This document shows positions 49,701-60,789 of a stretch of DNA of 64,000 nt, in pieces (the stretch's first letter is position 1; every line of letters starts with the position of its first letter). Under the pieces are notes generated by a model. That model made no database searches. It was given only the letters and a program-made list of their open reading frames with translations, and was not told the DNA's origin. Location of the stretch: positions 248,001 to 312,000 of the forward strand of contig LSRY02000038.1 in assembly GCA_001643675.2 (NCBI GenBank), read 5' to 3'. Source of the DNA: Monocercomonoides exilis PA203. Its lineage: Eukaryota > Protista > Preaxostyla. Position numbers and translations under genes: made by a program.

Positions 49701-52700
49701 GTGGGATCAGATCAACATCAACATTCCCTTCTCCATCGCTCCCACACATCGAGTCCTTCCCCTTCAGCGCCTCCTGGCTGAAGTCCAGTCCAAACAGTCT
49801 TTCATTCAGCTGCAAGTCAATCGAGTCACATCGGATGAACACATCCTTCCCCACAAACGCATCATTCATCATGAATCGGATGTTCTCCAATCTCAGCCCA
49901 AGTGGTGGAATTTCGGTGTTGGTGTGCTCCACATTCGGATCAAGTGCATCAATCATCATCCCTCCTCCCCTTCCATTCCCTGTTGAGCACACACACATCC
50001 CAAACGAACACCCACTCACTTTCACCTCCGACTCGCCTCTCTTCATCAACGTCTTTATCCCTCCACCTTCTTCACTTCTCTCGCTCATGCACTTCGTCAG
50101 CACACACCCTTCAATCTCACATTCCATCCCATTCAAGAATGATCCCACACTCATCACACATGCCCTGTTCTCCACACATGTGATGTTTGCAAATGAGGAG
50201 CTGTTCACCATCACTCTTTGTTTTGTGTTTTCTCTTGCTTTGTTGTTCAACACATTCGTTGGGGATGCCTGACTCAGCGATATCAGACTGCTTCCTGAGA
50301 TTGTTGTGTTCGAAACTGACACATTCATCATTTCAATACTCTTCACATCTGCTGTGAATTCGACAAACCCTTTTGCCAGATTGAACTGAGAAAGGGTGCA
50401 ATCCTCAATCACCACATTCCCTCCATCTGCTTTTATCAGACAATATTTCGTTTCCTTTGTTGAATCCTCACAAACAAATGAGCACCTCTTGATTGAAAGT
50501 GATGTTGCTGATGACGAAGTTAAATGAATGAGCGATGAATGAGAAACAAGTTCATTAGGAAGAGAAAATGACAAGTTCCTGAATGAAGCTACAACATTCG
50601 ATGTTATCATTCCCCCTTCCTCACTCACTTTCAGGCTTGTGCCTTCTTTCTCTCCCTCAATTGACACAACTGGAGTTATTGATAATGAGGATGATGATGA
50701 TAAAAATGAAATCGATTTCTGGAGCAATCCTGATCCAACAATGTTGATGTGTGACTCGCCTTCCCCAAGTGACTCATATCTCAGTGATATCAAGTGGTCA
50801 ACTGATGAACATGGTGCTTCTGAAAACCCACATCCACTGAAGTCTCCTCCTTTCTCTCTCGAAACAAACCCATTTCCGCTCCAATTACTCCACAAATATA
50901 CAACCAGTGGAATCACATATCCTTCCTCTCCTGTTGTCTTCCTCTCCCATCCACACAACTCATCCAACGATCCCAATTCCTCTAAACTCATCTCCCATTT
51001 CAGGTGCTCCTTTTTCACAATCTCTCTCAGATCCCATCCTGAAACAAACATATTCTTCCCCTTCAAGGCATCGCATCCCTCAAATGTCATTCCTTCTAAA
51101 ACAAATGATCCCATTTGATCAGGTAGCTTCACAAACATACCTCCTCCCATTCCTCTTCCTTTCTTTGAATTATCCTCTGATGGCGCTTCACATCCTGATA
51201 AGTTCACATTTTTCATTTCCAAGCTCCCTCCCTCCTCAACTGATATCTTCATCCCTCCTCCTTTCATTCCACCTCCACCTGAACATGCTGATGACAAATT
51301 ACATTCTTCAACGATTGCACTTCCTCCTTCATTCATCCCAATATTCAAACATCCTCCTCCATTTCCACCTTCCACTTCCACACCACTCATTCTGCTGTTC
51401 AATATCTCCAATTTCACTCCACTTGTCATTGTGATTGGTGATTTCCCATTCATCTTCAGTGTCACTGAACTTTCCATCACAAATCCATCAACAATCAGTT
51501 CTCCTCCTGTCATCTCAATGATGCTGTATCCTATCTTTCCACTTGTTAATGCCCCACTTTCAAATGAGACTGAACAGTTCGTCACAATGAGTGTTGATGT
51601 TGAGTGAATGAATGCACTTCTCCTTGAATTCAGCTGGCCTTTCACAACAAATGAAAGTCTCCTCATTGTCAGTGAACTCGAACATCCAACAAGCCAATCT
51701 TGTGTGGCTGATCCTCCATCACTCACATTCACTCCCATCCTCTCTCCATCTGATGACACTATTCTGCCTGAAATTATCGCACCAAATGAAAAAAATTCAA
51801 TTTCATCCTTTATTGACGAAGAAGAGACAACTTCTATTTCTTTTGAACTTTCACTCAATCTTGAGTTTGCACAATAATCAACTGTCAAACAGCCAAACCC
51901 TTCAAATCCACATCGATTGTGATTCATTCCATTTCCTCCACTCCCATCAACAATCACTTTTGTCCCAATTGAACACAAATATACAAACAGTGGAATCACC
52001 TCGTCTTCTTTCCCGTTTTCACTCCCACTCAGTTTCAACACATTTGATGGAATTTCACTTGTGTCAAAAAATGCAAATGTGTTTGTATTCACTTTGGACT
52101 CCAAAAATACACCACTCCCGCAATGAACAAACACATCCTTCCCATATTCTGCAACATTCACATTCACTTTCGAAAACTCAACATTCTCTCCAATTGTCAA
52201 CCCACATCCCCCACTCTCCATCCCCACAAACATTCCTCCTCCTCTCCCTCCATTTCCTTCAATTCCCATTGCAACACATCCATCAATCAAACTTGTTCCA
52301 TTCACAACCACTTTCCCATTTCCTTGCAAACAAACATATATTCCTCCACCATTCCCATCCTCACATACACATCCATCTATTGTTGCGTTGCTCACCACAA
52401 ATGTCTCCTCTCTATTCACACTCTTTGCCACAACCACCCCATCTCCTTCAGTCAGATTCACATTTTGAATTGTCACATTTGACAGAAAACTCTCTTTTAA
52501 TTCTGATCCTCCTGATGATGGCTCTGAGAACAGAGGCTGACTCACTTTCATATCTTTGATCTCCACATCAACCATCCTCAGCTGTGACAGCGCCACCACA
52601 AATACAGATGATGATATAACATTCGTTCCAACAACACTTGACGAGATCAACACATCCTCCAATGAGAGTGAACCGCTCCCATCAGATACCACAAACACAT

Positions 52701-54909
52701 TTGGAGAAGAATCTCTTTCAGAGTTGTGATCAATTCCCAAATGAAGAATCTCCAGCTGCCCACTCCTCACGCTGAACAGCGTTGTTGAAGGAGAAGAAAG
52801 CGAATGTGTTCCAATAATGCTTGTTCCTCTTCCTTTCCCTTCGACTCTCATCTTATTCATATTTGTTTCAACTGTTGTCTCTTCGTTTTTGTGATTCCCT
52901 TCCATCAGGGTGACAACCAAGCTCGTTTGTGTTCCGCTTCGATTGACAGCAGTACCAACGGTCTCGCATGCATTTGACTCATCAATTCCACACAGATCGT
53001 CTTCAACGCCTCCCTCAGCAGCCACAAGACGATTTAGTACTCCATTCTTCAGCCAGTCTTTCTTTTCAGTGTGCTGATATGAATAGCTGCTTTCCGTATA
53101 ATCATATCCGTAGCACACTCTCTTCTCATTTGTATTTGTGGTGTAACATTCTTTGAATGGACAATAAGAAGACAAACATAGGTTGTGTCTATCCTCGTAA
53201 TGAATGTCATCTCCATACGACGGGTTACTGGAACAACTGCAGTTATGAAAGAAAAGGAAAAAGAAATACAGTTTATCGCTTGGCAATACTTCTTTCCATG
53301 GAGAAAAGAACAATCCACCTCCTTTTGTTGATGCGGTGCATGAAAGAAACTGAATGCTCCTCATTTTGAATTGCGTGGCAGGAACGTTTTGACAAAGCAT
53401 GCCCCCACCAGCAGTATTTGCAACAGAGCATGAAGTGAAACTGCACTCAAACACACACGCACTCTCCCCTTCTCCACTTTCTGTTCCAATGCATCCTGTT
53501 TCTGAAACCTGAAAATTTTCTAATTTCAATCCTCCCCCTAAGCCAATTGCTTGACAGTTTTTGAACTCACATCCACTCACTCGAGCACACGAAGAAACAT
53601 TATACAAATACACACCTCCCCCATATCGATTTGAGGAGACACAGTAATTGAAAGTGCTGCTTTCAATAGTCGCTGCTTTGATAGTATAGCACATTATCCC
53701 TCCGCCGCACCAACATGATGAGCAGTCGTTGAACGCGCAGTGAGAAACTGAAAGTGAACTAGATGTTAATGTGTGCATGAATATTGCCCCTCCATTTGAA
53801 GTTCCATCAGTGTATGTATTTTTTGTTCCAGTTGTCTTCGATCCATTCCACTCGCACCAAATAAATGTGTTTTGCCCATTTTCTGTTTCGTTCTGTCTCC
53901 CTGGCTTCGATGGGTTTTCTTTGCTTCCGATGGATTCAACATTTCCTGTGCGTGTGCATCCAACAAAAGAGGTGTTTGAGGCTGCCAAAGAGGCCAAAGG
54001 ATTGTTCAGTGAAGGAACAATCCCTCCATCATACACATCACAGACTGATGAAAATGAGCAGTCATTCATCAAAGTGGAACATCCACATCCCAAATCAAAA
54101 GGAATTCCTCTGTGTGTTGAGGCTGTTGAAATGTTGGTGAAAACCAAATCTGTGAGTAAAACGCTCTCAATAAACGAAGAAGACAGAAATGGAGGAGAAG
54201 ACATCTGGAATGATGAAAAACGTGACGAGCAAACAGATACACAATTTGTTGATTGATTTTTTGATCCACTCATTTGCGTGGAGAAAAGAGGAGGCATGTG
54301 GGTCTGCTGTGCATTCCAAAATCGAAGTGTCAAGTTTGACAGAGATATTCGACTCCCACACAAATCAAATGGACTTATCCCGCTTCTGACCTCAAGATGG
54401 CATCCAGTGATCGTCGCAACACTTTCAGTTCTTAAGGCTAATGAACTTGTAAATCCATTTGCCATCATCCCCAAATTCATGCACAACAGAGATGAATTAT
54501 CCAGAATAATGTGACTTTTCATCTTGCTTTCTTCAATTCCTTCTTCAACCTTCTTGGCATTGTGGATGCTAATATTTGATGCGTCTTCATCAATTTTGAC
54601 GATATTCCCATTTGCGTTTGTGTTTACCGATTCAGTTCTGTTGTTTTGATTCTTTCTCCATTTTCCTTTCCATCCTTCAGATTCTTCATGTTCAGAACTC
54701 TTTTCACAATGTTGTGCTTGCATATATGTTTCCTTTATATTGCAACTATTTTCAGCTTCAGTTGAAGTTGTCCAATCACTTGCAGGAATCTTTTGCAAAA
54801 CATTAAATTCTGGAAATACTCCAATTTTGTCATTTGTGGCATAGTTGCACAAGCAATGCAAATTAATAATGTTCACCAATATTGCAGCAATAACCATCAT
54901 TAGATTCAT
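46717..54909 (-). CDS. 2730-aa receptor-like protein: signal peptide, pectin-lyase-like beta-helix/Cys-rich ectodomain, one TM (~48066-48140), C-terminal TKL/tyrosine-kinase-like pseudokinase
   Basis: Hydrophobic N-terminus; repeated GGGI/GGAI and CG...PC motifs; TM followed by RWRK; LRWKAPELL...VFSIGMMLWECLTLDIPF...GERP...CW. No HRD or DFG. Confidence 0.9.
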   Translation of the reverse strand: MNLMMVIAAILVNIINLHCLCNYATNDKIGVFPEFNVLQKIPASDWTTSTEAENSCNIKETYMQAQHCEKSSEHEESEGWKGKWRKNQNNRTESVNTNANGNIVKIDEDASNISIHNAKKVEEGIEESKMKSHIILDNSSLLCMNLGMMANGFTSSLALRTESVATITGCHLEVRSGISPFDLCGSRISLSNLTLRFWNAQQTHMPPLFSTQMSGSKNQSTNCVSVCSSRFSSFQMSSPPFLSSSFIESVLLTDLVFTNISTASTHRGIPFDLGCGCSTLMNDCSFSSVCDVYDGGIVPSLNNPLASLAASNTSFVGCTRTGNVESIGSKENPSKPGRQNETENGQNTFIWCEWNGSKTTGTKNTYTDGTSNGGAIFMHTLTSSSLSVSHCAFNDCSSCWCGGGIMCYTIKAATIESSTFNYCVSSNRYGGGVYLYNVSSCARVSGCEFKNCQAIGLGGGLKLENFQVSETGCIGTESGEGESACVFECSFTSCSVANTAGGGMLCQNVPATQFKMRSIQFLSCTASTKGGGLFFSPWKEVLPSDKLYFFFLFFHNCSCSSNPSYGDDIHYEDRHNLCLSSYCPFKECYTTNTNEKRVCYGYDYTESSYSYQHTEKKDWLKNGVLNRLVAAEGGVEDDLCGIDESNACETVGTAVNRSGTQTSLVVTLMEGNHKNEETTVETNMNKMRVEGKGRGTSIIGTHSLSSPSTTLFSVRSGQLEILHLGIDHNSERDSSPNVFVVSDGSGSLSLEDVLISSSVVGTNVISSSVFVVALSQLRMVDVEIKDMKVSQPLFSEPSSGGSELKESFLSNVTIQNVNLTEGDGVVVAKSVNREETFVVSNATIDGCVCEDGNGGGIYVCLQGNGKVVVNGTSLIDGCVAMGIEGNGGRGGGMFVGMESGGCGLTIGENVEFSKVNVNVAEYGKDVFVHCGSGVFLESKVNTNTFAFFDTSEIPSNVLKLSGSENGKEDEVIPLFVYLCSIGTKVIVDGSGGNGMNHNRCGFEGFGCLTVDYCANSRLSESSKEIEVVSSSSIKDEIEFFSFGAIISGRIVSSDGERMGVNVSDGGSATQDWLVGCSSSLTMRRLSFVVKGQLNSRRSAFIHSTSTLIVTNCSVSFESGALTSGKIGYSIIEMTGGELIVDGFVMESSVTLKMNGKSPITMTSGVKLEILNSRMSGVEVEGGNGGGCLNIGMNEGGSAIVEECNLSSACSGGGGMKGGGMKISVEEGGSLEMKNVNLSGCEAPSEDNSKKGRGMGGGMFVKLPDQMGSFVLEGMTFEGCDALKGKNMFVSGWDLREIVKKEHLKWEMSLEELGSLDELCGWERKTTGEEGYVIPLVVYLWSNWSGNGFVSREKGGDFSGCGFSEAPCSSVDHLISLRYESLGEGESHINIVGSGLLQKSISFLSSSSSLSITPVVSIEGEKEGTSLKVSEEGGMITSNVVASFRNLSFSLPNELVSHSSLIHLTSSSATSLSIKRCSFVCEDSTKETKYCLIKADGGNVVIEDCTLSQFNLAKGFVEFTADVKSIEMMNVSVSNTTISGSSLISLSQASPTNVLNNKARENTKQRVMVNSSSFANITCVENRACVMSVGSFLNGMECEIEGCVLTKCMSERSEEGGGIKTLMKRGESEVKVSGCSFGMCVCSTGNGRGGGMMIDALDPNVEHTNTEIPPLGLRLENIRFMMNDAFVGKDVFIRCDSIDLQLNERLFGLDFSQEALKGKDSMCGSDGEGNVDVDLIPLITFYYSSQVFVSVKGSDSVQCGRQDAPCESIGNAVQHIQRSMMNVLWIDGEGMMGEECVIGDVRMVSMGREKATVHFEGKMEERGEERSMMVFVNESVVERCLFLFGEMFESAQKYAVKVKEGRMVMNECSFEGSASGMGKRLKSTLVGVEGGEMEMVRCTIRNIRHCGRLVMFCGESLVVMDETRILDVESEGDVVVVEGEARVSVKEVGMENITIMGEWSVIAMRGCGDGSVSNCSFRGCESGREKGGVVLLSSCEDVRIEMCDVCGGVDKADEERKFMEMNEKEEKEGRERICKWNGSMVGVEKSRVVMKDTRIQESGKGGLSVNEGSVTIIEGKFENNNPFIEKYPSVRRNIICSDSGILNINSLKGGDGVKDNSSLWILNDGCSLDGIAAERQSPFFIPRLEDVSVNENGGNVVVEFKGSLFVPCDLSFKLVFKTRDVELVESYQFEEDSFISETEVIGRISSENISLASDETEVSVMILFGKPLAETSPQIVKNKTESKTGDEKMVEGGKEGKSYLLLIVIIMAVILLIVLIVSVVVTIRWRKAKNEAKDLRDIVNDNIRKDPKLIEMVTMEMSPEEQWRRAEREAEKKNEERIKKRINGKEMAHSESSEHLLSESGSTEYILGKDSDKIPQWMLEKEEEEEIRKRTPSPSISSTSTTDTTDSDSTFVRGEDLCPTTSSMSNLVDAMACSSPHEKLIVDLRDSLFMLLHGRNKTKEMAIGTLEEREQTAAQILFWVANGALHSFDEMEVPLSSLSNLSPHIVLFSEHMVICIALHSDCSSDDSDSSSISSLTIVSSSSNISLMSERFTDSPPPSSAFEDEDDFKKECLRWKAPELLINKKMGATKESVVFSIGMMLWECLTLDIPFGEYDAETAGQKITFGERPSRKMIAGRGMDEVVGSCWEEEASKRMGLFEVKKELFSHFPANAVVVTASDAIAYAEGSESESDDEKEGKDIHQSTTTTNTAITTSSTVSSTATLKTRENERSG

Positions 54910-55519
54910 TTTGATGAGATAAATCGAATTTCTTTTTTCTTCTTTGAATTATTATTATTACGGGTCAATTTTGATCTTGATGAAATGAAAACATTTTCTG
55001 AATTATAAATCATCATAATATTTTTACGTTCAATATGCAATAACTAAAAATATTTTGTTTTTTATCAATTGTTCCTTCATATTTCGGAAAATATGAAAAT
55101 TACACATTTTTTTGTTTTTCATTTGAAATCCTTTTTCTTTTTAAAATCCATCGACTTTGTTTTTCAAAAAATAAATATATATGCTTTGAAAACAGTTTTC
55201 ATTTTCATCAAAAATTTTATTGAAGAATTATTTTGCAACGAAAAAGATTCAAAAACAAATGGTGGAACAAAATTCAAAAAGCATATAATTTTGTCCCAAA
55301 TATTCGGTTATCAACCAAAATTCATTTTTTTTTCAGCAAAACTTTGAAAAAAATACAGATTGTTTCATTTCACTCTATTTGTTATTTCATTATCCAATTT
55401 TCTTTTTTCTTTTATTCATTCATTTTCACTTGCTTTTTTTCTCTCTGGAAACAGATTTTGCACCTGAAGTGATTGAAAAAGTTTCTATTTGTGTGTTTTC
55501 TATTGTGAAATCGCTGAGA

Positions 55520-58440
55520 GGAAGAGAAGAAGAAGAAGAAGAATTTGAAGAATTTGAAGATGAAGAAGAGGGAAAAGAATAATTCGAAGATAAAGGATCT
55601 TCTTCTGCGGATAGGAAAGAAGGGGAGAAAGGTGAAATTTTGGAAGGGGAAGAAGAAGAAGAAGAAGAAGAAGAAGAAGAAGAAGAAGAGGAAGAGAAAG
55701 AGGAGGAGGTAGAAGGATTAAATGAATGAGATGATGATGAAATGAATGCTTGATTTGAATGAGAAGAAGAAGAAGAAGAGGAATTTGAAGATGATGATGA
55801 ATTTGAAGAAGAAGATGATGATGATGAAGTGAAATCAGAGAAAGAAGAAGGAAATGAAAAAGACGAATAAGAGGAGGAGGAAGAATTCGTATTTGATGAT
55901 GATGATGAAGAAAGAGGAGGAAGAGGAAGAGGAAGAAGAAAAAGAAGAAGAAATTGAAGAGGAAGAAGAAGAAGAAGAAGAAGAAGAAGAAGAAGAAATT
56001 GAAGAGGAAGAGGAAGAGGAAGAAGAAGAAGAAGAAGAAATTGAAGAGGAAGAGGAGGAGGAGGAAGAACTAGAATTTGATGATGATGATGATGAAGGAT
56101 AAGAAGATGATGATGAATTAGAAGAATATGAATTTGAACAAAACAATGAAGGAGATGATGGCGATGAAGAAAATTTCAATGCAATGTTATTTTCTTTCAG
56201 TTTTATTGTAGTTATTTTGTTGAAAGAAATATGAAAATTTCTTTTGTGCATCTTTCTCTTTCTCTTTTTCCATTTTTATTTCTCTTTTCTTTTCTTTTCT
56301 TTTCTTCTCTGTTCTTCTCTTTTTCTTTTTCTATTTCTTTTTCTATTTCTTTCTTTCTTTCTCTTTATCTTTTTCATTCTTTCCATTCTTTTTTCACCAT
56401 TTTTCTTTTCTCTGTATATTCTGTTCCTCATCACATGCATCAAAATAGAAAGTGTGTTTTCTTTCTCATTTTTCTTCATCTTTCACATTTCTTCTGCTGA
56501 TTGCCTCAAAATGCCTCATGTCAATATTTTTGAACCACATCCGGAGAATTAGCAGCATCCGGAGAAATAATTCTCTTCGTTTGATTGTCCCAGTTTTGGT
56601 TTTGTTTTCTGCTTCTTTTTCTTCTTTTCCACTTTATTCATTATTCTCCATGAAAATTCCCCGTTCCAGTAGATCTATTTGGGAGTTTGCCGGAATTATT
56701 ATTTCAATCATTTTCTTCTTCTTCATTTCTTTAATCCAACATCTGATATTTCTTCTTCTTCTCTTTTGGTTTATTTTTCAGTCATCATTTCATGAAAAGT
56801 GGAGAAATCTTCAAAAGAAACAATTCTTTCTCTTCTTCCTCCTCTTCCTCTTCCTCTTCCTTCTCTTCCTCTTCCTTTTAATTCTTCTTCTTCCTCCTCC
56901 TCTTCTGCAATAGCTTCAGTTGTTTGTCTAATTTAATGCTTCAATTCCTCCAAAAAATATATTTCTCTCTCTCTTTCTCTTTCTCCTAAAACATTATCCT
57001 CTCTTTCCACCAAAAAATTGCTAAGTTCTTTCTCTCTTCTCTCTTTTTTTCAAATCTGCTTTTCTTCTTCATTCCAATTTATCCTTATTTTCCATTCCAT
57101 CTTTGCATCTTCCCTCCTCTCTCTTCTCCTCCTCTTTGATGCACTCCATTATTAATTCCAACTCAAATTTCTTTTTGAAAATTTCCTAATTCCTTTCGCA
57201 CTTCATTCAATTCTGAATATTTCACCAGAAATAGTGAGTCTTGCCATTTAATCTTCCAGTTGGCTGTTTCCATCAAACAGTTTTCTGAAATAACAAAGAG
57301 CAATGACAAGTCACAAAAAAAGTTGGATGCGCTCTGAATGAGAATACTCAGTTAGCTTATCAGCTCCGATAAACGAGTCGCTTCTGCAAAATTAACTCAA
57401 CAAATGATCCTGACAAACTGCTTCTTCTCTCTTTAAAGCCCATGTTGAGCAAAGTCAAATGATATAGCATTCAAGACAGATGATAAAAGTCCCGAGTGTC
57501 ATCGTTGAATGCAATCCAGACATGAATAATTACAAAATTTCTGCTCTTTTGCGAAATGAAAAGAAGATTTTTTTCCATGGCATTCCTGTTCATGATCAAT
57601 CTGTATTTATTGAAAACACACCATTTAAGAAACATGAATATAATAAAAAAGACAAACCATCTTTTTTGATCTTGAATTATTTTCCCATCTCCAATGGATT
57701 GAAAATTATCAACTTAGCTGGCTTTCTTGTTCTCTAAGATTGCCTCTCACCGCATAAAAAATACAGACAACTGGACAATAAAGACTTGCATAGAACATCA
57801 TCGAAAGCAGAGTATTTTTTGTTAAACCGATAATGATGCAAGTGAAAATAAATATTCACCAAATGATAAAGTAATGAACTCCTTTTCAATGACTTATTCA
57901 ACGCCATGTCTTTGTTGACAGCATGTCAGTAGGATTCATGCAAAATGCAAATGAGATTGTAATTGAGGCCTGCTGAGTGCTTCGTTCAACTCGCTTCCTC
58001 CATTGTTCAATCCCCAAATTCCCTTTCCTTTTCCACAAAACCAACCTTCCCCCCAAAAACTTTGTCAAACAGATCCTGTGCAAAAAAGTATGCCAAGTGC
58101 ACTGCACTTCCTACAAAATGACAAAGCGGTTCAATTCAATCTTTCTGGTATTTTGCTCGCTTTTTCTGCATCTTGCTTGAGTTATTTTTCATCAAAAAAT
58201 CGCAGCCGATGTTGTATCATATGTTTTGCAATATACAGCTAAGTTCAAATCTCACACAATTTTCCTCCACCAATTCACTTTTCGCAAACAATCGATGCAA
58301 ACCGCCACTCACTCCTCCGTCTGCAAGAAAAGAACCTGTTCTTCTGCAGTGCTATAGCTCGCATGGGTGCATTCGCGGATTTGTGTCCAAGCACTCAAAT
58401 ATGCCCTGGCTGTCGCAATTCATCAATAAAAAATCTTCAT
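55520..58440 (-). pseudogene. Probable decayed gene with poly-Ser/poly-Glu tracts
   Basis: Low-complexity GAA/TCT blocks and coding-like composition, but all frames are interrupted. Confidence 0.3.
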
Positions 58441-58759
58441 TTATAAAATTATAGGTCGTGAACCCTTATTTATTTGCTGAAAAACAAGATTATTTTGTTT
58501 CGAGATTTTCTTTCTTTGAGGCACAAATCATTGATGGCAAAAGAGGTTTCGATCCTATATTATTTTAAAAATTTTGATTTGGTGTTTTTAAATTATTTTG
58601 ATTCAAAATTTTCGTGACAATTCTGAAAATGTATTTATTAATTTGTTTTGAATTCATTTTGCAATTTTGTAGTTTTTTTCGAACAAACAAATATTTCTTG
58701 GTATATCTATATTTTGAGAAAACGATTGTTCGGATGATTAATTGTTTTATTTCCAAATT

Positions 58760-60077
58760 TTTAGAAAAACTGATACAATTGGAAAAATGCACCGACGCTG
58801 AGCAGAAACAAATAATCGAAGAATTGAGCAATGTTTTGGAAGAAATTGGTAAAGAAGAATTCAAATTCGTTTTCACAAAAGAACTATTCGATAAAATGCA
58901 AAAAATGATTGAAGAAAAGAAAATGTCAATGGAAAATGAAATTGTATTGCTGAAGCACATTGGCTATTATTCCAATCTTAAAAGGATTTGGATTGAAGGC
59001 TTTGAAGAAACTTCATTGCGCAAAAGATTTGAAGAAATGATTATTGAAGAAGATGAGAAAAATGAGGAAAAGAATGAAAAGCGTCTTGTTGATCTTTGAG
59101 AATGCTATCTGACGCTTGGTGATGACCTCTCTTCTGAATTACTTTCAATATGTGTGCCTCATCTTCTGAAAGCTGCATTGAAGAAAGAGGAAAACGAAGA
59201 GGCTCAGAAAGAAGTGGAAATGGCTTTATTATCGCTTAGCAACCTTGAAGTACTTGATGTTTGAACATTTTTCTTTGCTTTTTTAGCGCATATGATTTTT
59301 TTCCACATATATTTTTATTAGTTTGTCGAACAAAAACAGTATTTGAATGAAATCAAAGAAATCTTCAAATATCATCAAGAGCATCACAACCTAACATCAC
59401 TTGCTTATCAGTCTGCATGGCAGTTTTTATTTTGCAGATTGTTTTACGATAATCCACCTGTTGAAGTTATCGCAAATGAACTGCATTTTGCAAGAGAAGC
59501 AATTTCAGAACTGGAAGATCTGACGAAATGCGTTGATTGGAAGAAAAATGGAGATAAAATGAAGGAAATGAAAGACGAAAGTGTTTTAGGGAGATGGATC
59601 ACAACACTGAATATTTATTTTTGTGGGTGCCAAATACGAAAAAAAGAACATGTTGTTCTTATTGAGAGCATTGTCCAGGTGTATCGAGTAGCAAAGGATA
59701 ATCACAGAGAAATTTGTGAAAAATGCATTAAATTACTTATAACTGTATCAAATAACGCGGCTGTGGAGATTGAGGATTTGTTGAAAAGTGGAGCTGTCGA
59801 TGCTTTTTTGGGAGAAATCATCCGATTTGATTTGATAAAATCACCAGTTGATGATTATTTGCAATTTTTCGAAAATATTTGTGAGAGGTTGAAGAAGGTG
59901 AATAAAAAAGAAAACGAAAAAGCAAAACGAAAAGAAATGAAAAGAAAGGTGTTTGACAGATTGGAAGAAGAAGGATATGAAGATGGCATTATCAGATTGC
60001 GTTATTGTATTTTCAAAGAAGAATATAGAAATAAGTTTTTTGTTCAAAGAATTGAAGATTATTTTGTTCATTGCTGA
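58760..60077 (+). pseudogene. Orphan helical family, copy 6 (premature TGA at 59097; no clear exon 1)
   Basis: VDL*ECY replaces the conserved DLCECY. The last exon 59343-60077 is intact. Confidence 0.8.
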
Positions 60078-60789
60078 TTCACTTTAATTTTTAATTCACC
60101 TCATTTATCTTTTGGTGTTTCGTTCTCTCTCTTTTTTTCTTATGAATGAACATGCTGCATTCTCATTGATGAAGAAATTTTACTCTATTTTTGAATTAAT
60201 TTAATGTGTGTATTTAATGCAAAATGTGGGGTTTGGCTGAAGATTTTTAGCTTGTTTCATCTTTTTTCATCTGCTCTGTTTGACTATCGCCTTAAAGATA
60301 AAAGCCAATTTAAAAGAATCTCTTTCCTATCCTTTGGTTTTGATGCCAACTTGTTCATTGAAAAATAGATGGGCGACGGCTGATATTTTTTGAAGTTTAT
60401 CACTTCAAACATTTCTCTCCATCAGAAGCAGCTCCTTCTCAGACTCGACGAAGTTTTCGTTCTTTGATAGTATGAGAATTCTTAAAGAACAGAGAGCGAA
60501 AAAGAAGAGACCTCAGGCATGTTTGATGAAAAAGCGAAACAGGCCATGGAAATAATGAAACAATATGAAAATTCCCTTTTTGAATAAAAAATCGTTGTGA
60601 AAGCGATGGAACAAGCAATTTTTTTGAGAAAATAGTGGGTAGTTTTGATGAATTATTATTTAAATAATTGTTGAAGTGTTTCGTAAAAAAATAAATATTC
60701 AAAAAGTTTATTATTTTAATTATGAAATGATTCAAAAAATAAATCGATTAAAAAATCTTGAGTTACAAGCAGAAATGCATCTCATTTCT

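Noticed and set aside
46794-54806. Many plus-strand ORFs opposite the 2730-aa gene
   Set aside because: They are antisense shadows of a biased coding strand.
59097-59099. Stop-codon reassignment or selenocysteine at the TGA replacing Cys
   Set aside because: TGA, TAA and TAG all terminate intact genes here, long ORFs are stop-free, and this copy also lacks a clear first exon.
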